Assembly (NCBI GenBank): GCA_964372025.1
Contig: CAYJPF010000003.1
Coordinates: 3,334-67,333, forward strand
DNA: 64,000 nt
Direction: 5' to 3'
From: an uncultured Peptococcaceae bacterium
GTDB lineage: Bacteria; Bacillota; Dehalobacteriia; UBA4068
Position 1 is the first letter of the stretch. The number at the start of each line of letters is the position of its first letter. The notes beneath the pieces were generated by a model. That model did no database searches. It was not told where the DNA came from and worked only from the letters and a program-made list of their open reading frames with translations. Made by a program: the position numbers and the translations under genes. Below are positions 9,345 through 18,461 of the stretch, in pieces.

Positions 9345-10232
9345 ATGGACAATTTAAAATGTATAATTAAACAATTTAGCGAATATCAAAAGCGAAGAAA
9401 TCTAAGTTCAACAACCATTACACAGTACGCCACACTGCTCAACAAGTTTGCAGAAAGCGTAGGCGATGTCAGTGTGAGTGATTTAACCAAGCATGATGCC
9501 AACGACTTCCTTGACGGATTTTCCACACAGTCAGACGCTACGAGAGCGCAAAGGGCATGTATTATGAGAGCCTTCTTTCAGTGGGCACACGATGAAGAAC
9601 TGACAGAGCGAAACCTTGGAGCATCCATTATCATCCCAAAGCAAGAGAAGAAAGAAATCGACGTGATGACGGAAGTAAATGCCATGGAAGTTCTCTCGAA
9701 AGCGTACGATACTTACAAGAAAGGTGGGGTTTATGGTCTAAGAGATTACCTAATAGTCCTGTTGTTCCTAAATACAGGCATAAGACGACAGGAACTCCTA
9801 ACAATCACAGCAGAAGATGTAGACGAACCGGGCTGCAGGGTTCTTATTCATGGCAAGGGTAGCAAGCAACGCTTTGTCTATATCGACGCAAACACGGTTG
9901 AGCTAATACGAACTTATTGCAAATTAAACTCAATCGAAAATGGAGCGATTATATTTAACATATCGGTGCGCTCCGTAAATCGCATAATAAATAAGTACAT
10001 GGAAATGGCTGACTGCAAGAAACATGGACGGTCAGCGCATGGTTTGCGCAAAAGATTTGCCACTTCAGCTTATAAAGAAACTTTGGATATTTATTCAGTT
10101 TCTAAAGCTTTAGGGCATAGCACGATAGTCACCTCTGAGAGATATGTACAAGTAGCTCAGGACGAAATAAGAAAGGCATTTAATGCTGTAAAATTTAAAA
10201 TTGAAAGTGAGAATAATAATGAGAACAATTAG
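9345..10232 (+). CDS. int: tyrosine recombinase / phage integrase
   Basis: C-terminal catalytic signature HGLRKRFATSAY...LGHSTIVTSERYVQV (R..HxxR..Y); N-terminal SAM-like core-binding region. Confidence 0.85.
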   Translation: MDNLKCIIKQFSEYQKRRNLSSTTITQYATLLNKFAESVGDVSVSDLTKHDANDFLDGFSTQSDATRAQRACIMRAFFQWAHDEELTERNLGASIIIPKQEKKEIDVMTEVNAMEVLSKAYDTYKKGGVYGLRDYLIVLLFLNTGIRRQELLTITAEDVDEPGCRVLIHGKGSKQRFVYIDANTVELIRTYCKLNSIENGAIIFNISVRSVNRIINKYMEMADCKKHGRSAHGLRKRFATSAYKETLDIYSVSKALGHSTIVTSERYVQVAQDEIRKAFNAVKFKIESENNNENN

Positions 10233-10590
10233 AAGAGGCGAAGTTTACTGGTGCGATTTTTCGGCACCGATGCAACAAACATATGTACAAAAGTACAGCA
10301 GACCGGTCATCATAATGCAGAACGATTTAGGCAATGCAAATAGTGCGACAACGATTGTAGTTCCGCTAACCACGCAACTAAAAACTAAGCTATACCCTAC
10401 GCAGTTACCCTTCTATATGGGGCGTAAGCTTCAAATAGCACGTACAGAACAGATACAGACGATAGACAAAACAATCCTCGGTGATTACATCGACACGCTC
10501 AGCGAGGACATAATCGAGGAAGTAGAGCGCAAGATACACATAGCTATCGGGGCTGTCGGATACGATGTAGAGGAGGATGACGAGAACTAA
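10219..10590 (+). CDS. mazF: EndoA/MazF (PemK-family) endoribonuclease toxin homolog
   Basis: RGEVYWCDFS...RPVIIMQNDLGNANSATTIVVPLTTQ...EQIQTIDK aligns closely with B. subtilis EndoA/NdoA along its length; acidic C-terminal tail. Confidence 0.85.
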   Translation: MRTIRRGEVYWCDFSAPMQQTYVQKYSRPVIIMQNDLGNANSATTIVVPLTTQLKTKLYPTQLPFYMGRKLQIARTEQIQTIDKTILGDYIDTLSEDIIEEVERKIHIAIGAVGYDVEEDDEN

Positions 10591-10976
10591 TGTCAACTTA
10601 TAAGCTAATGGAAGTTTCAAAGGTCACAGGCATATCTCGCCAGACACTGCTCAATCGTATTCAGAAAGGCGAAATAAAGGCAGAGCTTAATGATGTAGGT
10701 GTGTACTCTATCACCGAGAAAGAACTCAAACGCATACACAAAGAGCATATACAGAGTCAGCAATGTATGCCTATCACAAGGGCTGCAGAAGAGCTTGGGG
10801 TAAGCTACAAAGCTTTAGCGGCGCAGGTGAGCAACGGCAACGTTAAGTCTATAGACGGTGGAAAACGTAGAGTGTACATTCCACTGAGCGAAGTCAAACG
10901 CCTGAAGGACATCATCGCAAAATCACGGAAAACTGTACAGCTCAACAACATACTTAAAAATTGGGAGGAAAATTAA
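10590..10976 (+). CDS. tandem excisionase/MerR-type HTH DNA-binding protein (possible Xis or atypical antitoxin)
   Basis: Two HTH units (VSKVTGISRQTLLNRIQKGEI; AAEELGVSYKALAAQVSNG); start overlaps toxin stop (TAATG). Confidence 0.55.
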   Translation: MSTYKLMEVSKVTGISRQTLLNRIQKGEIKAELNDVGVYSITEKELKRIHKEHIQSQQCMPITRAAEELGVSYKALAAQVSNGNVKSIDGGKRRVYIPLSEVKRLKDIIAKSRKTVQLNNILKNWEEN

Positions 10977-11390
10977 ATGAAAGATAACGCAAGGAAAATA
11001 TTTGACATGCTGGAGTTGAAACCCTTTGAACAATTTTATTTCAATGGGCAAGGGATTTACCATTTTGATTCCGAGTTGCAGCTACACTATACAGACGCAG
11101 ACGCAGACGGATGTACAGGCATCGCATACCGAAAGTTTGTATTGGATGTACTCTTAAATCCGGAGAAGATTGTAAAAAAGCCTTGGACGCCAAAAATAGG
11201 AAAAAACTATTGGTACATTACGACAGATGGAGTGCCAGTGTGGCATCCGTTTAGCGTAAACGTAGGGGCCGATGTCATGCGAGTAAGGCTTGGCAACTGT
11301 TATCCTAACAAAGAGGAAGCTCTTAAACCTGAAGTTCTTGCTAGATGGAAAGAGTTTTATAGTTCTACGGAGAGAATAGCATGGGAATAG
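10977..11390 (+). CDS. hypothetical protein (137 aa)
   Basis: GGGAGG RBS; no motif. Confidence 0.5.
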   Translation: MKDNARKIFDMLELKPFEQFYFNGQGIYHFDSELQLHYTDADADGCTGIAYRKFVLDVLLNPEKIVKKPWTPKIGKNYWYITTDGVPVWHPFSVNVGADVMRVRLGNCYPNKEEALKPEVLARWKEFYSSTERIAWE

Positions 11391-11566
11391 TGAGAAACAT
11401 ATCAAGCATCTTCAAAGACAAACAGCGACAACCTAAATACAATAGCCCGTACGACGTTCCACAAGCTCTGCACTGCGATAACTGTGCGTATAAGGGTAAA
11501 GACGAGTGCAATGGAGTTCGTTGCTTCACGGGCATCTTAAAACAAATACAGGAGGACAGGCAATGA
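11381..11566 (+). CDS. small Cys-containing protein
   Basis: ORF 61 aa with CDNCAYKGKDEC. Confidence 0.35.
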   Translation: MGIVRNISSIFKDKQRQPKYNSPYDVPQALHCDNCAYKGKDECNGVRCFTGILKQIQEDRQ

Positions 11567-11844
11567 TTAGAAGAGAGATACTGCAAGAGGCAGAAAAGTG
11601 CGTATGCACAGATAGGAACGACCAATACGGAAGTCCTGAGAATAACTTTGCACTGATAGCTAAGTATTGGAATTTGTATCTTGGTGAACCTTATAAAGTT
11701 ACAGCTGAAAACGTGGGGATGATGCTTGCACTAATGAAGGTAGCGAGGATACAGACTGGTAAATTTAAAATGGACTCGTGGATAGACGCTTGTGGGTATA
11801 TGGCAATTTCTGGAGAGATATCCCAAGAAGGGGGGCAAAATTAA
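11563..11844 (+). CDS. conserved phage protein resembling the DUF6378-type N-terminal domain of phage dNTP pyrophosphohydrolases
   Basis: RNDQYGSPENNFALIAKYWNLYLG...VTAENVGMMLALMKVARI pattern recalled from phage genomes; assignment by memory only. Confidence 0.4.
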   Translation: MIRREILQEAEKCVCTDRNDQYGSPENNFALIAKYWNLYLGEPYKVTAENVGMMLALMKVARIQTGKFKMDSWIDACGYMAISGEISQEGGQN

Positions 11845-12732
11845 ATGCGCCATTTTATTGAATTAACTGGACAAAAATTTACAAGGTTGCGTGTATTAAG
11901 TGTTACTAACCAAAGAGATAGCCACGGAGCTGTTAAATGGCTGTGCAAGTGCGATTGTGGCAACGAGAAGGTTGTTTCTTCACGGCTTTTAAGAAGTGGA
12001 CAGACTAAATCTTGCGGTTGTTTGAATACTGAATTGCGAATGCAAAGAGGTAGAGATGGCAAAATTCACGGAAAGACTGGCACTAAGCTTTATAACGTAT
12101 GGGCAGGCATAAAAAGACGTTGTTACAACCAAAATCAACAAAAATATAAACTCTATGGGGCGAGAGGCATTATAATGTGCGACGAATGGAAAAATGATTA
12201 TGCAGCATTTGAGAGGTGGGCTGTAAATAATGGATATAAGGAGGATTGTGATTTGAGCATAGACAGAATCGACAATGATGGCAATTACGAACCTGATAAT
12301 TGCAGAATAGTAAACAGATATATTCAAGCGAATAATACTCGTTTGAATAATTTGCTAACGTACAAAGGCGTAACCAAAACTATGGCACAATGGGGTAGAG
12401 AATTAGGCTTTCCAAGTTATTTGTTAGGATTAAGAATTACAAGGTATGGGTGGAGCATTGAAAAAGCCTTTGAAACGCCTTTAATAAGTCGAAATCGCTT
12501 TATAACTTTTAACGGAAAAACACAAACAATCACTGAATGGGCAAGAGAATATGGGTTGAGCTACAGTGTTTTAAAAGGACGACTTGATGTAAGCGGTTTA
12601 CCGATAGAAAAAGCATTAAATGCTCCTAAAGGGAAAAAAACACTTAGGGATTATCTGGTTTGCTCGGGGGAAATTGCAACTAAGGAGGAAGCGGATGAAT
12701 GGATTGACAACGCAATCAACACAGATAGCTGA
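11845..12732 (+). CDS. HNH homing-endonuclease-like protein with C-terminal NUMOD-like DNA-binding repeats
   Basis: KLYNVWAGIKRRCYN...YKLYGARGIIMCDEW...IDRIDNDGNYEPDNCRIV core; repeated G.T.T..EWaRE.G motifs at C-terminus. Confidence 0.65.
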   Translation: MRHFIELTGQKFTRLRVLSVTNQRDSHGAVKWLCKCDCGNEKVVSSRLLRSGQTKSCGCLNTELRMQRGRDGKIHGKTGTKLYNVWAGIKRRCYNQNQQKYKLYGARGIIMCDEWKNDYAAFERWAVNNGYKEDCDLSIDRIDNDGNYEPDNCRIVNRYIQANNTRLNNLLTYKGVTKTMAQWGRELGFPSYLLGLRITRYGWSIEKAFETPLISRNRFITFNGKTQTITEWAREYGLSYSVLKGRLDVSGLPIEKALNAPKGKKTLRDYLVCSGEIATKEEADEWIDNAINTDS

Positions 12733-13519
12733 GTTCGAGAAACGCTTACCGGCAATCATCGAACAAATCAAACAAAAGACTGAACTGGCGACAAGCTTAG
12801 TATGTAGCGAAGAAACGCGAGCAAGCGTTAAGAAAGTCCGGGCAGAACTAAATGCAGACAGTGCGGCCTTACACAAAGAGTTCGTGGATTTCGAGAAGCA
12901 ACTCCTCGCACCATGGCTTGAAGTAAAAGAAAAGTACCATGAGGAAATCCTTCAGCAGTACAGAAGAGCAGACCTCAATCTCAAAGCTAAAATCAATGAG
13001 GTTGAGGATGGGCTAATTCAAGAGAAAACTCTCGAACTCTATGGGTACATCCAACAGTACGCAACAAGCCTATACTTATCATGGGTAGTAGCGGATAAAC
13101 TGGGTATCAAAGTCAACCTCACAGCAAGCATAACATCGCTCAAAAAGAAAGCTCGTGCAAAACTGGATAGGATACGCAAAGATGTGGACATGATAACAAG
13201 CTTGGACAACGCAGATGTGGTTATGTCATTCTATCTTGAACGCTACGATGCCTCATACGCAATCACAGAAGCTCACAGAGCGACGATAAGGACTCAGGAG
13301 GGTAAAGCCACCCTTGAGAGCGTTAGCCCGCTGTGCGACAGCTATGAGCCTCCCACGGCTATGTCTGAAGTGGTAGCAACAGAAGCACCCACTATCCAAG
13401 ACGGCAAAGAAAACCAAGATGAACTCTTCTCAATCACTTTTACCGTTACTACAAGTAGGCAGAAGCTGAAGGAGTTGAAAGAATTTCTGGACGAGGGGGG
13501 GTATATTTTAGAAAGTTAG
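12695..13519 (+). CDS. hypothetical helical protein (274 aa)
   Basis: ATG at 12695 in frame; coiled-coil-rich; no motif. Confidence 0.5.
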   Translation: MNGLTTQSTQIAEFEKRLPAIIEQIKQKTELATSLVCSEETRASVKKVRAELNADSAALHKEFVDFEKQLLAPWLEVKEKYHEEILQQYRRADLNLKAKINEVEDGLIQEKTLELYGYIQQYATSLYLSWVVADKLGIKVNLTASITSLKKKARAKLDRIRKDVDMITSLDNADVVMSFYLERYDASYAITEAHRATIRTQEGKATLESVSPLCDSYEPPTAMSEVVATEAPTIQDGKENQDELFSITFTVTTSRQKLKELKEFLDEGGYILES

Positions 13520-13521
13520 TG

Positions 13522-13550
13522 TTGACAGCATGAGTAAATCGTGCTACAAT
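13522..13550 (+). promoter_or_regulatory. consensus sigma70 promoter TTGACA-17-TACAAT
   Basis: TTGACA 13522-13527, TACAAT 13545-13550, 17-nt spacer ending aTCGTGC. Confidence 0.55.
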
Positions 13551-13680
13551 ATATGTAAAGAAGCACAGACTATTCGTGGTAGTTTGAGGCTGATAATAAA
13601 TTTGTTAAATACCTTTCCCGGGGGTGCCACGAACACTCTTGGGAGAGGCATTTTTTATCTTAGCAAATAAGGAGCATAAA

Positions 13681-14352
13681 ATGAAACTTGAAACTAATAC
13701 TGGAGTGTATTTTTTATTCAACGATGACAAATTGGTGTATGTTGGAATGAGCTCTCATTTATCGAGACGCATTCAGCAATCTGTTGCCGAACGGAAAGCT
13801 GAAGGGCATGACATTACCGATTTCGCATATCACACAGTTAAAACGCGCAAAGAAGCTGAAATCTTAGAGAGAGTGTTGATATCAGAGTTGCGACCACCCG
13901 CTAACCGGATGTTCAACACGGACGATAGTCAAATGCCTACGATACAGCATCGCATCAACGTTTCCGAGCTTTCTAAAACAAGCTTGAATGCAGTAGAAAT
14001 TGTATTGCCACCTCCTATTGATGTTTCAGCTGTTTTTTCTCATTCCATGCTAATAAGTTCTGCATGGATAAGCCTTAGCCCCAAACAACAATCCTTGTAT
14101 TTGCACTGCAAGGTAGAGCAGGTGTACCAGCATCTGGATGAAAAAGAAGAACACCTTGAAGAAAATTGTTTTTATTTTAATAAAAAAATCTGGAATAAAA
14201 AGTATAAGCTGTACTCGGAAACGTCAGATGCACGTTTGGTGAAAGATATGCGTGGTTTAATTCAAAAAGGTTTTGTTGATTGCATACACTCGGGCCAAAA
14301 GACAAGAACGAAAAACGTCTATCGTCTTTCTGAAAGATGGCAGAACATATGA
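13681..14352 (+). CDS. GIY-YIG nuclease domain protein
   Basis: GVYFLFNDDKLVYVGMSSHLSRRIQQ = GIY...YIG...R motif; 130-nt leader from upstream promoter. Confidence 0.65.
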   Translation: MKLETNTGVYFLFNDDKLVYVGMSSHLSRRIQQSVAERKAEGHDITDFAYHTVKTRKEAEILERVLISELRPPANRMFNTDDSQMPTIQHRINVSELSKTSLNAVEIVLPPPIDVSAVFSHSMLISSAWISLSPKQQSLYLHCKVEQVYQHLDEKEEHLEENCFYFNKKIWNKKYKLYSETSDARLVKDMRGLIQKGFVDCIHSGQKTRTKNVYRLSERWQNI

Positions 14353-14379
14353 GCCAAAATACTTTTAAGGAGGAACAAA

Positions 14380-14694
14380 ATGATTAAATGCAAATTTTGC
14401 AACGGAACTAACCTGATTGCGAAGGTAGTTGGAACACACACCGGGCTATACTGTATTGACTGTGGCAATAAGTGGAACAAATGGCTCAGTAAAGGCGAAG
14501 TGTCCGAGCTTGCTAACCAGATAAGAAAAGGTAAAGCCAAGGCTGAGTGTCGAAACATCACACAAGCAAGGCACTCGGATGAATTTCAGTGTAGCGAATG
14601 TGGAATTAACTTGGGATGGTGGGCTTGCAACAATACTTATGAGCAGTTTGAATTCAAGTTTTGCCCTAACTGCGGAAGAAAGGTTACGGTGTGA
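14380..14694 (+). CDS. zinc-ribbon protein
   Basis: CKFCNG...CIDCGN and CSECG...CPNCG pairs; AGGAGG RBS. Confidence 0.5.
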   Translation: MIKCKFCNGTNLIAKVVGTHTGLYCIDCGNKWNKWLSKGEVSELANQIRKGKAKAECRNITQARHSDEFQCSECGINLGWWACNNTYEQFEFKFCPNCGRKVTV

Positions 14695-14697
14695 CAA

Positions 14698-14850
14698 TGA
14701 AGGTGTTGGCCGGAATAGTTGTTACAGTATTCAGTGCCTTGGTAATGCTGTTTATTCTTCAAGAGGGAAGCTTGCTTGCTCACATAATGGCTGTATTGTG
14801 GACAGCGGTATATATTGGAAGTATCGTAGTGCTGATAGTAGTAGATTGAG
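14698..14850 (+). CDS. possible 50-aa two-TM membrane peptide, not in ORF track
   Basis: MKVLAGIVVTVFSALVMLFILQEGSLLAHIMAVLWTAVYIGSIVVLIVVD read directly from sequence. Confidence 0.25.
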
Positions 14851-14855
14851 GAGGA

Positions 14856-15038
14856 ATGAAAATGCAACTAAAAGCTAAATGCCTTGGGCAAGAACTCGAG
14901 GTAAACGCAGAGATACCGATAGATAGGTCGTACTTGGACACTAAGACCGGGCAGGTCGTAGTAATTATTTTAGCAACTACAGTGCCGTTGGTGTTGGGGA
15001 TAACGGCGTATAACTTAACGAAGAAGGTGGCAGTATGA
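14856..15038 (+). CDS. small membrane protein
   Basis: GAGGAGG RBS; TM segment VVVIILATTVPLVLGITAY. Confidence 0.35.
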   Translation: MKMQLKAKCLGQELEVNAEIPIDRSYLDTKTGQVVVIILATTVPLVLGITAYNLTKKVAV

Positions 15039-15220
15039 GAGGACTATACGCAGCAATAGCAGATGATAATTACCGCACCAAGCTTATCGAACGGCTACAC
15101 AAGTACGATTACCATAAGTTATATACAAGGTCGGAGACAAGTCGAATGGATGTAACTCAACTCAAACGAGCAATAGATAGGGTGTTTGAACACAATAACA
15201 ATATGAAAGGCAGGAAATAA
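15035..15220 (+). CDS. hypothetical small protein
   Basis: overlapping start/stop; 61 aa. Confidence 0.35.
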   Translation: MRGLYAAIADDNYRTKLIERLHKYDYHKLYTRSETSRMDVTQLKRAIDRVFEHNNNMKGRK

Positions 15221-15221
15221 T

Positions 15222-16043
15222 ATGTCAACAGCAGTAGCTAAGCAAGTACCTTTTAGCGTAGCCATCTCAGGCGACCAGTACCAAGGAATGATTAAGAGGG
15301 CTTTAACAGACCCGAAAGACCAACAGCGTTTCATAGCGTCCATTACGAGTGCAGTAGCGGCAACACCGGCACTACAGGCTTGTACGCCCCAAACAATACT
15401 ATCCTCGGCTCTCGTGGGGCATAGCCTTAACCTCTCGCCTTCACCTCAGCTTGGGCAGTTTTACTTCTTACCCTTTAGAGACACAAAGAACGGCGTGACG
15501 AACGCAGTGCCGTGTATAGGCTATAAGGGATACATACAGCTTGCGTTAAGAACAGGAGCGTACAAGAAACTAAATGTTATCCCTATAAAGAAAGGCGAGT
15601 TCATAAGCTATAATCCGCTTACAGAGGACATCAACGTTAAGATGATAGAAGACCCAACGGAGCGTGAAATGGCCGAGACGGTCGGATACTACGCCTTCTT
15701 CGAGTACCTTAACGGTTTTACTAAGTCTATGTACTGGACAAAAGAAAAAGTCGAGATACACGGCAAGCGTTACTCTAAAGCATACAGCAAGCCTGACTCG
15801 TTCTGGCAAAGAGATTTCGATGCTATGGGCTGTAAGACACTCATTAGACAGCTTATCTCACACTGGGGCGTTATGTCTATTGAACTTCAATCGGCTATGG
15901 ACAACGATGGTGACTTCAGCGATGCGCTTGAAGCCGAAGAGTACGAAGTCCTTGAGCCTGAAACCGCTCCGGAACCGACACAAGAGCCTGAGAAGAAAGC
16001 CAAAGAGAGTAAGGCTATCGACTCATTCGACGACATTTTGTAA
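15222..16043 (+). CDS. recT: RecT-family single-strand annealing protein
   Basis: TPQTILSSALVGHSLNLSPSPQLGQFYFLPF...IGYKGYIQLALRTGAYKKLNVIPIKKGE matches RecT core pattern. Confidence 0.7.
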   Translation: MSTAVAKQVPFSVAISGDQYQGMIKRALTDPKDQQRFIASITSAVAATPALQACTPQTILSSALVGHSLNLSPSPQLGQFYFLPFRDTKNGVTNAVPCIGYKGYIQLALRTGAYKKLNVIPIKKGEFISYNPLTEDINVKMIEDPTEREMAETVGYYAFFEYLNGFTKSMYWTKEKVEIHGKRYSKAYSKPDSFWQRDFDAMGCKTLIRQLISHWGVMSIELQSAMDNDGDFSDALEAEEYEVLEPETAPEPTQEPEKKAKESKAIDSFDDIL

Positions 16044-16045
16044 CT

Positions 16046-16429
16046 ATGTATAAGTGTGAGAACTGCGGTTATACGACCGATGAATTGACTCTTGAAATTG
16101 AGTACATACCTTACGGCGACGAAATGGCAAGGCATGAAAGTTGCTCATACGATTGTGGCAGATGCGGTGGGGAGCTAATCCCTGCCGTTTCTTGCCATGA
16201 GTGCTCCGAAGATTTCCTTAAAGAAGAAATGGTTGGACAATTGTGCAAGGAGTGCTTTGAAGATTACAAGGCGCTTAAGTACATGAAGCAGTACATCTCA
16301 GAAAGAGGATTAACTCAAGAGTATCTAAGCTACAACAGAGACCCTCTGATTGAGGATGAAGAATTAATACTCCAGTTTGTAATGGAAGAGCCAGAAGACT
16401 TTGCAGACTGGATTTGCGGAAAGGAATAA
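16046..16429 (+). CDS. zinc-ribbon protein
   Basis: CENCG...CGRCG...CHEC...CKEC. Confidence 0.5.
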   Translation: MYKCENCGYTTDELTLEIEYIPYGDEMARHESCSYDCGRCGGELIPAVSCHECSEDFLKEEMVGQLCKECFEDYKALKYMKQYISERGLTQEYLSYNRDPLIEDEELILQFVMEEPEDFADWICGKE

Positions 16430-16431
16430 TT

Positions 16432-16659
16432 ATGTTAGTCAGGCAGGCAAAAGATACAGACGGAAAAGAAAAAATCGAAATCGTAAAGTATTGTGATTGC
16501 GCATCTTGCATGAACAATTTAAGGCAAAAAAAGGGCGTCAACTCTGTAGCCATTTACGCCAACACAGTGACAGATATCCTACTTGCTAAAGAAAAGGCAA
16601 ACAAGTGGATTTGTGGTGGAAGGCCATACAGCCATACGCCAGAGTTTGTTTATATTTAA
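16432..16659 (+). CDS. hypothetical small protein
   Basis: ATG 16432; CDCASC motif. Confidence 0.4.
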   Translation: MLVRQAKDTDGKEKIEIVKYCDCASCMNNLRQKKGVNSVAIYANTVTDILLAKEKANKWICGGRPYSHTPEFVYI

Positions 16660-16671
16660 AAGGAGAAAGCA

Positions 16672-16869
16672 ATGGAAGATAAAAGTAAAATAGTTTTCGA
16701 CATGCACCTATATGCAAAAGCAACACATAGAGAAACGCGCAACATACCTCTGTGGGCACAGAACAGCCACGGCAGAACGGTTGAAGATTTGGAAGCAATG
16801 GGGAGGGTGATTTACCCCGAGTGGACGACCCCAAAGGGACAGGGTGCAAAGGTGTTATCGCATGGGTGA
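16672..16869 (+). CDS. hypothetical small protein
   Basis: AGGAGAAAG RBS. Confidence 0.4.
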   Translation: MEDKSKIVFDMHLYAKATHRETRNIPLWAQNSHGRTVEDLEAMGRVIYPEWTTPKGQGAKVLSHG

Positions 16870-16926
16870 CACATATCAGCATGGTGATGCGTTTGAAATG
16901 AGAAAAAAGATTGGAGCATTTAAGAA

Positions 16927-17682
16927 ATGAGTACAGCATTAACAGTAATTACAGAACAAGAAGTTCTTGGTAAAGATTTTAAAATATACGGTACAGCAGA
17001 AGAACCTCTGTTCCTTGCAAAGGATGTCGCAGAGTGGATTGAACACAGTGATGTGTCTACCATGCTTCGGAATATAGACGACAGCGAAAAGGTGACAAAC
17101 ATTGTTTGTACCCTTGGCGGAGAGCAAACAGCATGGTTCTTAACTGAGGACGGAGTATACGAGGTGCTTATGCTGTCAAGAAAACCTATTGCTAAAGAGT
17201 TCAAGACGCAGGTGAAGGCAATCTTGAAAACTATTAGGAACACAGGAGGCTTTGTGTCCAGCGCTGACTTGATGGTGCAAACTTACTTTGGAGCACTTGA
17301 TGACACTTCTCAGAGTCTCGTGAAACAGTTGCTTGTAAATATACAAGAACAACAAAAACAAATTGCAGTTCTAACACCTAAAGGGGAGTTCTACGATGCC
17401 GTTACCGGTTCGGACACTGTTTGCGATATGGGCACTGTAGCGAAAACTTTGGACATGGGGATAGGTAGAAACAAGTTATTTGCTTTGTTAAAGAAAAAGA
17501 AAATCCTTCAATACAACAACAGACCGTATCAGAAACATGTAGACGTTGGGCGTTTTAGGGTAATCGAAAGCCGCTATTCTAAGCCTAACGGAGACGAGGC
17601 TGTCTACTTCAAAACGACGGTCACCCAAAAAGGAATGGATTTTATACGCAAGGTTTTAGTGGACGCAGGATATTCGGAATAG
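16927..17682 (+). CDS. ant: phage antirepressor (BRO-N domain + KilAC/ANT C-terminal domain)
   Basis: N-terminal FKIYGTAEEPLFLAKDVAEWIEHSDVSTMLRNIDDSEKV (Bro-N); C-terminal LTPKGEFYDAVTGSD...MGTVAKTL (KilAC). Confidence 0.75.
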   Translation: MSTALTVITEQEVLGKDFKIYGTAEEPLFLAKDVAEWIEHSDVSTMLRNIDDSEKVTNIVCTLGGEQTAWFLTEDGVYEVLMLSRKPIAKEFKTQVKAILKTIRNTGGFVSSADLMVQTYFGALDDTSQSLVKQLLVNIQEQQKQIAVLTPKGEFYDAVTGSDTVCDMGTVAKTLDMGIGRNKLFALLKKKKILQYNNRPYQKHVDVGRFRVIESRYSKPNGDEAVYFKTTVTQKGMDFIRKVLVDAGYSE

Positions 17683-17736
17683 CTGATTTTCACAACTTTT
17701 AAACGTACTTTAAATCAATAAAGCAAGGTGATGTAT

Positions 17737-18387
17737 ATGCAGATAAACATAATACAAACAGGGAGTAAAGGCAATGCGGTTTTACTTGATGGAGTTGTTT
17801 TAGTCGATTGCGGTGTGAGCTACTCCGCAGTCAAACAACACGCCAAAGACATTAAGCTTGTTCTATTAACGCACCAGCATTTTGACCATGCTAAGCCGTC
17901 TACTGTAAGAAGATTGGCTTACGAAAACCCAAATATTAGATGGGCATGTTGCGAATGGATGCTACCTATACTTGAAGCTTGCCAAGTGCCACGGCATAAG
18001 GTGGATGTTATTAAGCCGGAAGGTGTAGCTACGTATAGAAGGCTAATAGACACCAAAGTGGACTTGAGCATCTCCCCTGTTTTGCTCAAGCACGATGTGC
18101 CTAATTGCGGGTGGAAGATTAAGACTCCAAACTTCAAAGCTATATACGCTACAGATACTCGTGACTTGAACGATGTTGTAGCGAAAGATTACGACCTGTA
18201 CATGATTGAAGGAAACTACAGCGAGAAAGATATTGTTGACAGGGTGAAGCAGAAGCTCAACGACGGAGATTTCATCTATGAAAACCGAGTAGTAAATACC
18301 CATCTTTCAACAGAACAGGCTGAGCGTTGGATTGCGAATAACGCAGGACAAAAGTCGAAATACATACTTCTGCATGGGCACGAGTAG
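17737..18387 (+). CDS. metallo-beta-lactamase-fold hydrolase
   Basis: LLTHQHFDH (HxHxDH) motif. Confidence 0.7.
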   Translation: MQINIIQTGSKGNAVLLDGVVLVDCGVSYSAVKQHAKDIKLVLLTHQHFDHAKPSTVRRLAYENPNIRWACCEWMLPILEACQVPRHKVDVIKPEGVATYRRLIDTKVDLSISPVLLKHDVPNCGWKIKTPNFKAIYATDTRDLNDVVAKDYDLYMIEGNYSEKDIVDRVKQKLNDGDFIYENRVVNTHLSTEQAERWIANNAGQKSKYILLHGHE

Positions 18388-18394
18388 TCAGCAC

Positions 18395-18423
18395 TTGATT
18401 TTTCTGTATTAGTGTGGTATGGT
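18395..18423 (+). promoter_or_regulatory. candidate promoter TTGATT-17-TGgTATGGT
   Basis: -35 18395-18400, extended -10 18415-18423; precedes GAAAGGAG RBS and TTG start of fibre-like gene. Confidence 0.45.
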
Positions 18424-18461
18424 AAGGATAGAAACACTAATTCAGAAAGGAGTCGTTTGTT

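Noticed and set aside
9345-10232. attP core site next to the integrase
   Set aside because: No tRNA-like segment or obvious imperfect-repeat arm structure could be recognised by eye in flanking intergenic DNA.
13551-13680. Intrinsic terminator/attenuator in the GIY-YIG leader (CUCUUGGGAGAG ... GCAUUUUUU)
   Set aside because: Only a 4-bp stem. Too weak to call.
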